In this document: positions 29,622 to 39,375 of the stretch, one piece after another | Layout of the letters: every line of letters starts with the position of its first letter | How positions within the stretch are numbered: the first letter of the stretch is position 1 | The notes under the pieces: model-generated | Databases searched by the model: none | What the model saw: the letters and a program-made list of their open reading frames with translations, nothing else | Told to the model about the DNA's origin: nothing | Source of the DNA: an uncultured Poribacteria bacterium | GTDB taxonomy: Bacteria; Poribacteria; WGA-4E; WGA-3G | Reading direction: 5' to 3' | Assembly (NCBI GenBank): GCA_958295855.1 | Contig: OY282383.1 | Location: 1,404,481 to 1,468,480, forward strand | Length of the DNA stretch: 64,000 nt | Made by a program: the position numbers and the translations under genes

Positions 29622-30351
29622 TGATTAGATGTGAAATGCTGACAACTACCACATCCATTGTCATCGCGACGAGCCAGTGAATTGCGGCACCGTAAATAAA
29701 CGAGCGGGTTTCGAGAGCAAGAATCCCGAGCAACACCCCTGCAACAATTGAACCGAGTGCCTCCGGCAAAGGCTTGGAATAGTGCATTACCGCAAATGGG
29801 ATAGTCTGGATGAGGATGCTGTAATTTCCGAATCGCTTTTCTAACCCAAATAGCATGAACCCGCGGAAGAAGAATTCCCATGAAAACATGTAAACCCCGT
29901 ACGCGAGTTGGTACAGAAGGAAGGTTTGCCAACTATTAGCGACTACCTTGCAAAGCGGATACTTTGCGAGGAAGGGCCGATACACTATTACTGCTAAGAT
30001 GACAACCGGAATCATCAGTATCCATGCCGCTAACGTCACACTCCAGCCCAGTTTCTGATTTCCCAACCGAATTCCGTAATCACTCAGCCGCTGTCTTGTT
30101 CCAAATTTAGCAACAAGAGCAGGCACGAGTAACAAGGTGAGTGCGGTTGTCAAAAACCAGTAGTAGTATGAATAGCTTTCTGCCAGCGGGGCGTTTCCGA
30201 AATACTCAGCGAAATGGAGTTGGAAAAAACGCCGCCGGCTATAATATCGGTGCAACGTTAACAGAAGGGCAGAAGCGAGTAAAATTAACGTCGCTTGGCG
30301 TTCCCAACCCTGCAGATATTTTTCTCTTAATGTTTGGAGACGTGAATTCAC
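29617..30351 (-). CDS. CPBP-family intramembrane glutamic endopeptidase (CAAX protease/Abi-like)
   Basis: Motifs WEFFFRG, FAVMH and HWLVAMTMD in TM helices. Confidence 0.65.
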   Translation of the reverse strand: MNSRLQTLREKYLQGWERQATLILLASALLLTLHRYYSRRRFFQLHFAEYFGNAPLAESYSYYYWFLTTALTLLLVPALVAKFGTRQRLSDYGIRLGNQKLGWSVTLAAWILMIPVVILAVIVYRPFLAKYPLCKVVANSWQTFLLYQLAYGVYMFSWEFFFRGFMLFGLEKRFGNYSILIQTIPFAVMHYSKPLPEALGSIVAGVLLGILALETRSFIYGAAIHWLVAMTMDVVVVSISHLIM

Positions 30352-30409
30352 CTTGACATCCTGTCTGTTTTTAGGGTATTATACCGTGACTAGTAGAAAT
30401 TTGCAATTT

Positions 30410-30493
30410 TCGTTATTCCTTGCGGAGAATTCAGGGTGCAAGGGAGGTCTGACAATGCACTGTAGATGTCGTCGGATGTTTCTGACGCAAGGT
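30410..30493. repeat. D-family repeat
   Basis: ttattccttgcggagaattcagggtgcaagggaggtctgacaatgcactgtagatgtcgtcggatgtttctgacgcaagg. Confidence 0.8.
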
Positions 30494-30518
30494 TTACATT
30501 TGGTGGGGGCTATGCGTT

Positions 30519-31586
30519 ATGGAAGCGGAACGAGTGGGCAGGCACAAGGCACTGCCCCTAGAACAGATTCAGGGCCTCTTAATCATAAGACTGGCTCCGC
30601 TGGGTGAGACAGTTTTGACAACGCCTGTTATTCGTGCCTTGCGAAACCATTTCCCCGACGCGTATATCGCCTACATGGTGGCTCCCACGCGGGAGGATTT
30701 GGTGTCGGCAAACCCGCATCTGAATGAGGTGCTTACTTATCAGCCTTCGGTGCCGAAACTCATCTATCAAATTGCTCGGCGAAAATTCCAAATGGCGGTT
30801 GTGTTGCAACCAACCTTCCGTTTGGTGCTTCACACGTTTCTTGCCCGAATTCCGTTCCGCGTTGGGTTTGAAACGAACACCGGCGGCCGGAAACTGCTGA
30901 GTCTTGCCGTACCAAATAACACTGTTCAGCATGAAGCACAACGCTATCTTGATGTTGTTCGCGCGCTCGGCGTTGAGGCGGTGGATGATGAACCGGAAGT
31001 GTTCGTTAATAACGCGGGAAAAGCATGGGTTGACAACTTTCTCGCAGATTTGAACCTTAATGATAATTGTCCCTTAATCGGACTCAACCCGGGGGCTGCC
31101 ACATCCTACCGCCGGTGGCCGGATGGTAACTTTGCTCTGCTCGGAGACCTGCTTCAGAAAACGTACGACGCGCACATACTCATCACAACGGGCCCCCGGG
31201 AAGGAGAACTCGCATATCATGTGGCAAACCAGATGGCACATTCGCCCATTATTGTTAACAGTACAACACCCATGCAATTGGCCGCTCTCCTGCAACGGTG
31301 TCATCTCTACATCAGCAACGATACGGGACCCATGCACCTCAGTACTGCGGTAAAAACCCCAACGATTGCCTTGTTTGGTGCATCAAACCCAATTCAGTGG
31401 GGGCCACCGTGGGACAAACACACCGTTATTGCGCGCAAGGGGTGTGAGTTTATGAAGACGCTATCGCCCAAGGAGTGGGACGAACATGCCGCGATTGCAC
31501 GCCAGAATTTCGCGGTGCTTACCCCGGACATGGTTATCGCCGCAGTGGAGAAGTTAGAATGGAAAAACTCGAGCGCAACAGACTGA
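30519..31586 (+). CDS. glycosyltransferase family 9 (ADP-heptose:LPS heptosyltransferase-like); 5' end uncertain, a B repeat is embedded in the N-terminal region
   Basis: ILIIRLAPLGETVLTTPVIRAL, with downstream GT9 motifs (GLNPGA, TGPREGE, ISNDTGPMHL). The in-frame B repeat at 30536-30561 encodes GRHKALPL. Confidence 0.7.
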   Translation: MEAERVGRHKALPLEQIQGLLIIRLAPLGETVLTTPVIRALRNHFPDAYIAYMVAPTREDLVSANPHLNEVLTYQPSVPKLIYQIARRKFQMAVVLQPTFRLVLHTFLARIPFRVGFETNTGGRKLLSLAVPNNTVQHEAQRYLDVVRALGVEAVDDEPEVFVNNAGKAWVDNFLADLNLNDNCPLIGLNPGAATSYRRWPDGNFALLGDLLQKTYDAHILITTGPREGELAYHVANQMAHSPIIVNSTTPMQLAALLQRCHLYISNDTGPMHLSTAVKTPTIALFGASNPIQWGPPWDKHTVIARKGCEFMKTLSPKEWDEHAAIARQNFAVLTPDMVIAAVEKLEWKNSSATD

Positions 31587-31660
31587 GGGTGCATACCCCT
31601 GCTGGCAGGGGTAAATACCACTCGCAGAATTCAGATGAACAGTCCATCCAAAATTGTCTA

Positions 31661-33151
31661 ATGGATATCCGAGCTCGAATGCACAGGCAAACCCTCTTGC
31701 AAACGGTGGTGTCAGCTGTCTTTTTTGGACTACTTGTGCTTGCTACCCTGTTTATTGTTGATCGAATAATTCGCCTTCCTATACAGTTGTTTAGTATTAC
31801 TTGCCTAGTCATTTCTGGGGCAATGGTTGTTGGTATCTGCTTCAGTTTCAAACGTCGAAAGGATTTGCGATTTGTGGCGCGAACTGTGGACAGGGACATG
31901 GGGCTCAAGGAACGATTGAGCACGGCGTTTGAATTGATACAGGATGATACCCAAAGCGATTTAGCTCGACTCCAAATTCGAGATGCTGCTGCCACTGTTG
32001 CAACCCTAGCGGTAGCAAAAGTCAGTCCATATCGCATGCCTTTGTTACTGAAAGGGCTTCCAGTTCCGATTCTTTTCATTGCACTTTCTTTCGCGATACC
32101 GCGCTTCTACCACCTGCCGCAACTGCTTACTGCTGCTCAGCAGGAAGTGGTAGATATAGCTGTTGCAAACCTTGAAAAGGTACAGGTTAACAATCAGACG
32201 CTACAGGTGCAAATCCAAGAAACGGTTAAAAAGTTGAAGGAGGCAGAGGATGTTGACACTGCGCAGGCGCACCTCAGCAGTTTGAATAGGGACGTTCGCA
32301 AACAGAAATTGGAGCATAAGGCAGCAATTGAATCTGCTATTACCAAAGCGACACAAGCGACACAACGTTTTGGTGGCATGGATGCCAACCAACTTGCGGC
32401 AGAGTTGGAAGCGGTCATGGAACAACCTGAGATGCCGCCAGAACTCCAAGCTGAACTTGCGGAACTCTTTGCACGCTTGACTGAACGTCTGCCACAGGAT
32501 TCGCTAAGCGATTCACTAACTCAGATTCAGGGGAAGGCAGTTAGCCAAGAAACGTTGCAGGACATTGTTGATGTCCTCCGGCAGGCAGAAAAGTCGATGC
32601 AACTTGCACAACTGGAGGCACAGCTCACGGCAAGCCGAAAGGAATTAGCACTTGCGGGTATTGAAATACAACAAGCTTCGAGCGGGATTGCTAATAGTGA
32701 TGGAGCGCCTGGGCAAAACAGGGGCGATAGCGAAGTGCAAGGCACGCTTGAAGCGGCATCCGATTTTGCGTCGCAGCCAACAACGTCTACAGCCAATGAA
32801 GCGGAAGGTGATATGACAATAGAAGGAGATAACTTTATAGATTCCGGGCAACCCCCGCTAACCGGTGAAACAACCTCACCGTTACAGGTTGGCGGGACAC
32901 AGTTGACGCTCACAACGGAACCTTCACTTGATTCCCAACGCTTTTCGAGAGTTTTCACAGGTGAAGGGCAGGCACAAGGCACTGCCCCTACCGACGCGCC
33001 AGACTATCTTCCCTTCAGCCACGCTGTCCTCAACGCGAAACGCGCGTATGCGCAAGCTATGAACAACAACCGTATTCCGGTGCGGTATCAAACACAGATG
33101 AAAGCCTATTTGGAGGCAATTGCCACGGTTAATGAAAAACAGGGTGACTAA
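31661..33151 (+). CDS. hypothetical membrane-anchored coiled-coil protein
   Basis: Two N-terminal TM helices followed by a long Q/E/A-rich coiled coil. The start was chosen at MDIRARMH. An in-frame B repeat at 32965-32991 encodes GQAQGTAPT. Confidence 0.5.
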   Translation: MDIRARMHRQTLLQTVVSAVFFGLLVLATLFIVDRIIRLPIQLFSITCLVISGAMVVGICFSFKRRKDLRFVARTVDRDMGLKERLSTAFELIQDDTQSDLARLQIRDAAATVATLAVAKVSPYRMPLLLKGLPVPILFIALSFAIPRFYHLPQLLTAAQQEVVDIAVANLEKVQVNNQTLQVQIQETVKKLKEAEDVDTAQAHLSSLNRDVRKQKLEHKAAIESAITKATQATQRFGGMDANQLAAELEAVMEQPEMPPELQAELAELFARLTERLPQDSLSDSLTQIQGKAVSQETLQDIVDVLRQAEKSMQLAQLEAQLTASRKELALAGIEIQQASSGIANSDGAPGQNRGDSEVQGTLEAASDFASQPTTSTANEAEGDMTIEGDNFIDSGQPPLTGETTSPLQVGGTQLTLTTEPSLDSQRFSRVFTGEGQAQGTAPTDAPDYLPFSHAVLNAKRAYAQAMNNNRIPVRYQTQMKAYLEAIATVNEKQGD

Positions 33152-33815
33152 ACTTATCATCACTGCCGGCATTATTGCAGCAGTTTATTTTGTGTTGAGA
33201 CACTATGGTGTGACAGACACTATTCGGCTGGAAAACGTCCCGAAAATCAAAACATGGGTAGCGAGTTTTGGTACGATAGCACCCTTAGTCTACATTGGGC
33301 TCTACATTGTCTCGACTATCTTTTTTCTCCCAGGCACCCCGGTGACCGTGTTAGCCGGCATCGCCTTTGGTCCGCTTTGGGGTATTTTCTACGCGTCGAT
33401 AGCCTCTATTATTTCTGTTGCTATCGCTTTTCTTATTGCCCGTTACGCTGCACGGGGGCTCGTGGAAAGTTGGGTGAAGGACAATGCACAGTTCCGCGAA
33501 ATAGATGCCCAGGTTGAACAGCAAGGCTGGCGAATTTTGATGTTTACGCGCCTAGTCCCACTTTTTCCATTTAACCTTCAAAACTATGCCTACGGGCTCA
33601 CCAGTATCCGATTTTCCACGTTTGTGCTTGTTTCTGCTATCTTTATGTTACCGGGAACAATAGCATTGGTTCAACTTGGGGGCGCGTTTATCAGTGGTGA
33701 GGGGAATATTTGGAAGACGATGTTCTATCTCGGTGTTGCAGGTGTTCTTATTCTTCTCGTCTCCCTCATTCCAACTTTTTGTCGTTCCTTGCGGAGAATT
33801 GAGAAGGCAAGATAG
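33132..33815 (+). CDS. TVP38/TMEM64 (DedA-like) family membrane protein
   Basis: FFLPGTPVTVLAGIAFG and F-R--P-FPF motifs of PF09335. The C-terminal 12 residues and the stop are encoded by a D repeat. Confidence 0.7.
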   Translation: MKNRVTKLIITAGIIAAVYFVLRHYGVTDTIRLENVPKIKTWVASFGTIAPLVYIGLYIVSTIFFLPGTPVTVLAGIAFGPLWGIFYASIASIISVAIAFLIARYAARGLVESWVKDNAQFREIDAQVEQQGWRILMFTRLVPLFPFNLQNYAYGLTSIRFSTFVLVSAIFMLPGTIALVQLGGAFISGEGNIWKTMFYLGVAGVLILLVSLIPTFCRSLRRIEKAR

Positions 33816-33858
33816 GTCTAACAATGCACTATAGCTCTCGTCAGAGGTTTTTGACGCA
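33778..33858. repeat. D-family repeat
   Basis: gtcgttccttgcggagaattgagaaggcaagataggtctaacaatgcactatagctctcgtcagaggtttttgacgca. Confidence 0.8.
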
Positions 33859-33887
33859 TTTTTTTTGGACTTGAAAAAAGTTGGTGG

Positions 33888-34232
33888 ATGGGGGTGCCAC
33901 GATACCCATTCAATCCAGAGACGTGGATACCGTATCATCTCGCCACCGATGCGGAGGTGCAACTGGCAATTTATGACACCCGAGGTGCCTTAGTCCGGCA
34001 GTTAGCCCTCGGCTATCAGCCTGTGGGCCACTACGAAAGTCGGAGTCGTGTAGCGTATTGGCAGGGTATGACACCCCTGCAAAGCAGGGGACATATACCA
34101 CTGGGCAGAAATGCGGTGGGCGAACGTGTCGCGAGTGGCATCTACTTCTACACGTTCACCGCAGGGGATGTCGCGGCGGCGCGGAAAATGCTCAGCCTGA
34201 AGTCAGCTGCTCTTCCCCTTCTCATATTGTAG
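33888..34232 (+). pseudogene. orphan C-terminal FlgD-Ig-like / T9SS-type sorting-domain fragment, with an A-repeat insertion
   Basis: AEVQLAIYDTRGALVRQLALGYQPVGHY...GRNAVGERVASGIYFYTFTAGD matches the ~80-aa C-terminal beta-sandwich tail of large secreted proteins. Only the tail is present. An A hairpin at 34074-34103 lies within it. Confidence 0.4.
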
Positions 34233-34246
34233 AGCGAGGTGCGGGG

Positions 34247-34282
34247 TACTTAGTCACGCATTTTCAATGCGTGTTGAATTCG
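34247..34282. repeat. H-family hairpin repeat
   Basis: Identical to the copy at 2327-2360. Confidence 0.7.
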
Positions 34283-34422
34283 TCCGCGTTAAAAAACGCC
34301 TTGTGCCTCGCCCTATTTTTCTTCCGCTCCAGCATATTGCAACGCGTTGCGTTTCCACAGAGATTCAGTTCTCGGAGATTAGGAATTCTACAAGGAACCC
34401 CAACTACCATCAGTGAGGTTAC

Positions 34423-34728
34423 TTATTGAATATCCCGTGTTTTGTGAGGACGAATAGGTGTTTGGTGGCCCTGGCGCGGCTCGTCTGTGCTCATCTGTAC
34501 AACAATCCGCTTGTCACCCACCCAAAGGACGTTGCCTTGTGCCCGAATTTGGGGTGACGGTTCAAACTTCACCTGGCCTTCCACCACATGTAGGGTAACC
34601 TCAATAGTTTGGGGGGTACGCCGCTTTTCAATTTCGGCTAAGGTCTCAAAAAACTGGCTTCCGAGCAGCGCGTCATCGTCACGGGCGAGATACGCTTCAA
34701 ATTTTGCATCAAGGGTTTTAGGGTTCAT
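34423..34728 (-). CDS. hypothetical protein (101 aa), translationally coupled to upstream gene
   Basis: Overlaps the stop of 34718-35548 by 11 nt. No recognisable motif. Confidence 0.4.
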   Translation of the reverse strand: MNPKTLDAKFEAYLARDDDALLGSQFFETLAEIEKRRTPQTIEVTLHVVEGQVKFEPSPQIRAQGNVLWVGDKRIVVQMSTDEPRQGHQTPIRPHKTRDIQ

Positions 34729-35548
34729 GGACAGATTCTCCTAATTGTTGTCGCTGTAAGACTTTCTGCTTCCAAAGATTGTACTCAACTATGACGAAAC
34801 GATATTCAAGGAATGTTGTGCTCACCACTTGTGGGAGTTTTGATGCGGCTTGCATCAGGTCGCTACTGACAGTTTCTCCATTTATGCGGTGCCATGCTGG
34901 TTCTGTGAGCACCACGATGCGAACATAACATCGATTTTGCACATCGTACAGTCGAGTGATATAGAAATCACAAGTTAGCGGGAACGAACGCGCGACGTAG
35001 AGAAAATATGTCGTATTCTTGATATCGCCGGTCATATTTAGCAAAGTTAAGTCGCACGGCGAGAATCGTTCGGCGCGCACCCGCAAATCATGCGGTGTAA
35101 ACTGGATACCTGTCTCTGTCATGTCTCGAAAAATCGTCAGTTCAAAGATTGAACCGCGAGCAAAAGAAGCCCACCAATAGAGACAATAAGCGAGGAGGCA
35201 TTCCGTTTCAGGTGTTTTCCCTAGTGTGAAGGGTTCACAGCACAGCTGGGCGAAAATCTCCCGCGCGTAGCCTGCTTGGATCGCTGGTGCGCGGGCAGGG
35301 ACATCGGTCTCTGCGTAGAGCTCAGCGATGAACGCGTCGCTTTTTACGTCGTCAATGAAGCGGTCATAAAAGGCCTGAAAGGTCAGCCGCTGCTGATTCA
35401 ATTGCACGGTCGCCTCCGCAAGCATCGTGAATGCTTCCAACAGCGTGACCCATTCGGTTAACGAAAACCGTTCTGCTTCTCCCAAATAGCGTAGTAGCAA
35501 TGTTTTCTGTGCGTCGGTCAAGGTCTGCGTGAGTTCAACAGCGACCAA
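34718..35548 (-). CDS. hypothetical protein with possible PD-(D/E)xK nuclease-like motif
   Basis: FSPCDLTLLNMTGDIKNTTYFLYVAR fits PD-x(n)-(D/E)-x-K spacing. No other family signature is present. Confidence 0.4.
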   Translation of the reverse strand: MVAVELTQTLTDAQKTLLLRYLGEAERFSLTEWVTLLEAFTMLAEATVQLNQQRLTFQAFYDRFIDDVKSDAFIAELYAETDVPARAPAIQAGYAREIFAQLCCEPFTLGKTPETECLLAYCLYWWASFARGSIFELTIFRDMTETGIQFTPHDLRVRAERFSPCDLTLLNMTGDIKNTTYFLYVARSFPLTCDFYITRLYDVQNRCYVRIVVLTEPAWHRINGETVSSDLMQAASKLPQVVSTTFLEYRFVIVEYNLWKQKVLQRQQLGESVHEP

Positions 35549-35905
35549 GGGTTAGCCCTCCATCTTTTTCTGTGCTTTCTGCTCACTCCAGCGAGACTGT
35601 TACTCACAGGCACGTTTTAAGGAATTAACGTTGTTTATGCAGCTATTTTAAAAATCGTGTTGTTTCATGTTATGGATATCATCGCACAATTTGAAAGGAA
35701 TCGCAAGGGAATGCACGTCGCATTTGGGCGTGTCCGCCGCAAAAACGCAGTGCCATTCCGTTCTCCCGTAGGAGCAATCTCCGAATCTCGACGCTCCGCC
35801 AGTGAGGCATATCATGCAAGACTACCACCCCGCTTCGGTCAGAAGACGAGCGGAGACAGGGCATCGCCCTTGCGATTCAAGTTGGAGTCGTATAAAGAGT
35901 TCAAC

Positions 35906-37186
35906 CTACTGACGAATTAACGCCTCTGCGGCGGCGAGTGCCTCCTCGCGCGTCACAATCTCGCCATCGAACTGGTGTTCCTCAATCTGTTTCAACAACA
36001 TCCCAATTTCTTTTCCTTCTTTCATATTAAACGTACGAATCAGATCTTCGCCGGTGATGAGTTTTCCCTGCTTGAGGATAGGAAGGACATGGCGGTAGTA
36101 GGTATCCGCAATTTGTCTGAGTATTGCTTCGTCAATCGGATGCATCGCTGCGGAAAAAAGAAGCACACCCCGCCAATCGGAGGCTGTGGTTCTTAGAAAG
36201 TGGATTATCTGTTTCCGCGTCAATTGCTTTTTTGTAAGCTGTTGATGTCCCCAAACGAGACATTTCATAAACTGCACCCCTTTTCGGCTCAGTCGCAGTT
36301 GTTTGCCGACATCACCGAGGCTTCCCTGTAAGCACAGGCAGAGCTTAATCAACGAACGACGGTTGATTTCCAAACCTAATTCTTCTCTGAGATAGGCATC
36401 GATTTCAGTTTGGTAAGGGCGAAGCGGCGCAGGGATTGGGGTATCCTCAAAGGTGTCAAGCGGTTGCCAGGGCACGGGGGCTTGTCCTACACAAGGCATA
36501 ACGTGTGCTAACAGTTCTATTTCAGACATTTTTTGCAAATAAGGACTTGCCTTCTCAACGCTGAGAATCTTCATTAATTCGTCGCGTACGCGTTCCGCGG
36601 AAACGTGAGGCAATAGGTGCTGATACTTCTGTACCAAGCCGATAGCATTTTGGGACATCTCAAAATCTAGCTGTGCCGCGAATCTATAAATTCGCATCAG
36701 GCGGAGTGGGTCATCGGGGACGACTTGTTCGCTCGAAAATTGAAGCAGACGGGTTGCCAAGTCATTTTTACCACCACACGGGTCAATCACGTGAAAGGGG
36801 CTTGACATCAGTACAGATTCGAGCGAGATTGCCATTGCATTCATCGTCAAGTCGCGTAAACGCAAATCATCGATGAGGGATGCGGCTCTAAATTGTGCGA
36901 AGTCCATGCTCACGCGAGGCGTTCTCACAATAACGCGTGCAGTAGGTGGTTGCTCCTCAAGCGCAATACAAGTTGCGCCGAAGCTATCGGCAAACGTTTT
37001 GGCAAACTGGATTGCGTCCGAAGCCAGCGCGAAATCCAAATCGGCGATAGGCCGGTTGAGCAACAGATCACGTACGCTGCCCCCGACGAGGTAGAGCTGA
37101 ACACCTCGCGTCTTTGAAAAAGTGCTGAGTGCTTGAATAACTGCGTTGCTGCGTAGTTCTTGGCATGTGAATGTCGTTGTCTTCAA
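35906..37186 (-). CDS. tRNA nucleotidyltransferase / poly(A) polymerase family protein, paralog 2
   Basis: LYLVGGSVRDLLLNRPIADLDFAL, RDLTMNAMA and DPLRLMRIYRFAAQL. A second Pol-beta-type CCA-family enzyme in the window. Confidence 0.7.
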   Translation of the reverse strand: MKTTTFTCQELRSNAVIQALSTFSKTRGVQLYLVGGSVRDLLLNRPIADLDFALASDAIQFAKTFADSFGATCIALEEQPPTARVIVRTPRVSMDFAQFRAASLIDDLRLRDLTMNAMAISLESVLMSSPFHVIDPCGGKNDLATRLLQFSSEQVVPDDPLRLMRIYRFAAQLDFEMSQNAIGLVQKYQHLLPHVSAERVRDELMKILSVEKASPYLQKMSEIELLAHVMPCVGQAPVPWQPLDTFEDTPIPAPLRPYQTEIDAYLREELGLEINRRSLIKLCLCLQGSLGDVGKQLRLSRKGVQFMKCLVWGHQQLTKKQLTRKQIIHFLRTTASDWRGVLLFSAAMHPIDEAILRQIADTYYRHVLPILKQGKLITGEDLIRTFNMKEGKEIGMLLKQIEEHQFDGEIVTREEALAAAEALIRQ

Positions 37187-37251
37187 AGGTATTAGCCCTC
37201 AAGCCTCTGACGAGATACGCCTTGGATATTTCATGCCCGACTTTCTTTATC

Positions 37252-37355
37252 GAATGCACGTCGCATAAGTAAGAAATAAAAAAGTTGCTTGCTAATCACG
37301 CGCAACTTGGGCGCAGTGGTATATTACCCCTGCAAAGCAGGGGAAACTGATACCA
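37252..37355. repeat. composite E (GC-stem variant) + A hairpin
   Basis: gaatgcacgtcgcataagtaagaaataaaaaagttgcttgctaatcacgcgcaacttgggcgca is 65 nt identical to 61301-61365. It is followed by cccctgcaaagcagggg. Confidence 0.8.
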
Positions 37356-37370
37356 TTACGCCGCAAATCG

Positions 37371-37993
37371 CTATACCAAAAACTGGTTTGCACGTGCTTT
37401 TCGCCGTTGCGCTTTGCGCGAACGGAATAGGATACCATCAAGGTGCAGGTGCGTTGCATAGCCGATGAAACTTGCGACGTAGAACGGAACACCGCTACGA
37501 ACAGCATCAGGAAGTTCTTTCCATTCTACCAACGAACGAAGTAAATCCGGCAATGTATCCCACGCTGCACCCCAAGATGGATATGCCGCATAAATCGGGA
37601 TAAACAGAAACACACACGGTAGCAGCAGCATCGTCACTTTGGAGTGAGTCCACCCGCGATGTTTGCTAATAAGTGGGAGCATAGCAAACAACCCGAATAG
37701 GGCTGATTCTAGATACTTTTGATTCAGAATGAGCGCGATGTTCAACGCGAACAGCACACTATAAAATATTTTTCGGCTCTTGCTCTTAATATCCACGTCT
37801 GGCCACAGCCCGAACAGTACAGCGATGGCGAAACATCCGATGGCTTTTACAGGATTCACCACCGAAATCGTTGGATTCCAGTCTAGTGGCAATGCACAAA
37901 AGATTGAAACAGCGATAGTGGCGACGAGCGATATGATGAAAAAGGTGCTGTAGGTTACCACCCCGCCGATCCAGTGTTCACGAAACATACTCA
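37371..37993 (-). CDS. membrane-bound metal-dependent hydrolase (YdjM/DUF457 family)
   Basis: KHRGWTHS and ATHLHLDG motifs with four TM helices. The start was chosen at MSMFREHW. Confidence 0.55.
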
Positions 37994-38486
37994 TAAGAGA
38001 TAGTATAGCATATCCTGTAGGAAAATAAAAATCATTTTCTGTGGGCAAGCAACACAAGCAACACAAGGATGTGTAAATATTTTGTCAAAAGTTTGAAGTT
38101 GACTGCGGGCATTGCATAAGGTGAAATCGGGGTTGAAAACCGCTCCTACAAGAGAGAGATTATGGCTAATGTCAAAAACTTTACACACCGGCAACACAAT
38201 TTTAATTTGACTTTTCATTTCAAATATGATACAATTATATCATATTGTCGCGAATCTATCTATCCACATGCTGTAGCAGCGTTATATTTTCCCGTGATGG
38301 AGGGGCCACAGGGCGGGCTGTAGAACACGTCCGACAGGCAGATGCAGAAATAACAGTCGAACCGCTTGATGTTGATCTGGGTAAGATCGAGGCAACTATT
38401 GCCTTTTTCAAAGGGTCTAGTGGCGAGGTAATTGCGTTTTTTGAGACGCATTAATCAGCTGTTTAGCGTACCACGCAGGAATTAGC

Positions 38487-38515
38487 TTGATTTCAAAAAG
38501 GAAAACGTGTAATAT
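38487..38515 (+). promoter_or_regulatory. candidate sigma70 promoter TTGATT-17-TAATAT upstream of rimP-nusA-infB
   Basis: Hexamers with 17-nt spacing, about 150 nt before rimP. Confidence 0.4.
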
Positions 38516-38669
38516 GTAACGTAAAGCTTGTAGGTGAGAGTTAACACGCCGTGCTTGGGCATCGGTAGAAGTGGTGAAACGCCCTGTCTTTCGGCGCGTG
38601 AAATACCACAAGATGAACCGCGAGGAATCTCTACTACTGGGAACTATCGCGTTTTTTTTATACCAACAG

Positions 38670-39119
38670 ATGACAGAAACCCAGAAGAACTCCGTTTTTG
38701 AGATGTTAGTACCTATACTTCAAATTGATGGTATTGAGCTAGTGGATGTTGAAACACAAGGCAAGACGTTACGGCTTCTCATTCACAAACCTGGCGGTCT
38801 TTCGGTGGCTGATTGCCAAGCAGTGAATCAGGTTGTTCACCCGATTTTGGCGGTTCATCAGTATTTAACCGACTATACTCAGCTTGAAGTTGCTTCGCCG
38901 GGGGTAGACAGACCTTTGAGAACTGCCAGGGATTTTCAGCGAAATCGAGGCAGAACTGTTCACATAAAAGCCTCCGCAGAAAACGACCGGACGTATGAAG
39001 TACATGGCACTATCACGGCAGTACTTGCCGGGGCGGTAGTTTTGGCACAAGCTTCTGGTGAGCAGGTCTCCGTTGAAATTTCACAGATTCGCAACGCGCG
39101 CATAAAACTTAACTGGTAA
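38670..39119 (+). CDS. rimP: ribosome maturation factor RimP
   Basis: LVPILQIDGIELVDVE...LRL..HKPGG, and synteny immediately upstream of nusA. Confidence 0.7.
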   Translation: MTETQKNSVFEMLVPILQIDGIELVDVETQGKTLRLLIHKPGGLSVADCQAVNQVVHPILAVHQYLTDYTQLEVASPGVDRPLRTARDFQRNRGRTVHIKASAENDRTYEVHGTITAVLAGAVVLAQASGEQVSVEISQIRNARIKLNW

Positions 39120-39375
39120 CCGACACAACCTGTTTTCTTCATAGGTGCAGCCGACAAAGGTTTATTAAGTTTTAGAATTTATGGCATAATTGTTTTCCGG
39201 CCCCGAGAAAAAGTCCGATAAAGGGATTTCCAGCCGATTTCTTCGTGGGTGCAGCAGACAGTTTTTTCTTAGGCTTTAGGGATAACTTTTCATGAGATAG
39301 CGTTGTTTCCAGCCTTTACAAAAATTTGAAAAGGAGCAAGCGGGCTGAAACTGAAAAAGAACCGCGAACATCATT

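Noticed and set aside
29333-29932. 199-aa minus-strand ORF overlapping the CPBP protease gene
   Set aside because: It is Arg-rich and low-complexity. It runs in a different frame of the same strand as a well-supported gene and spans two B repeats.
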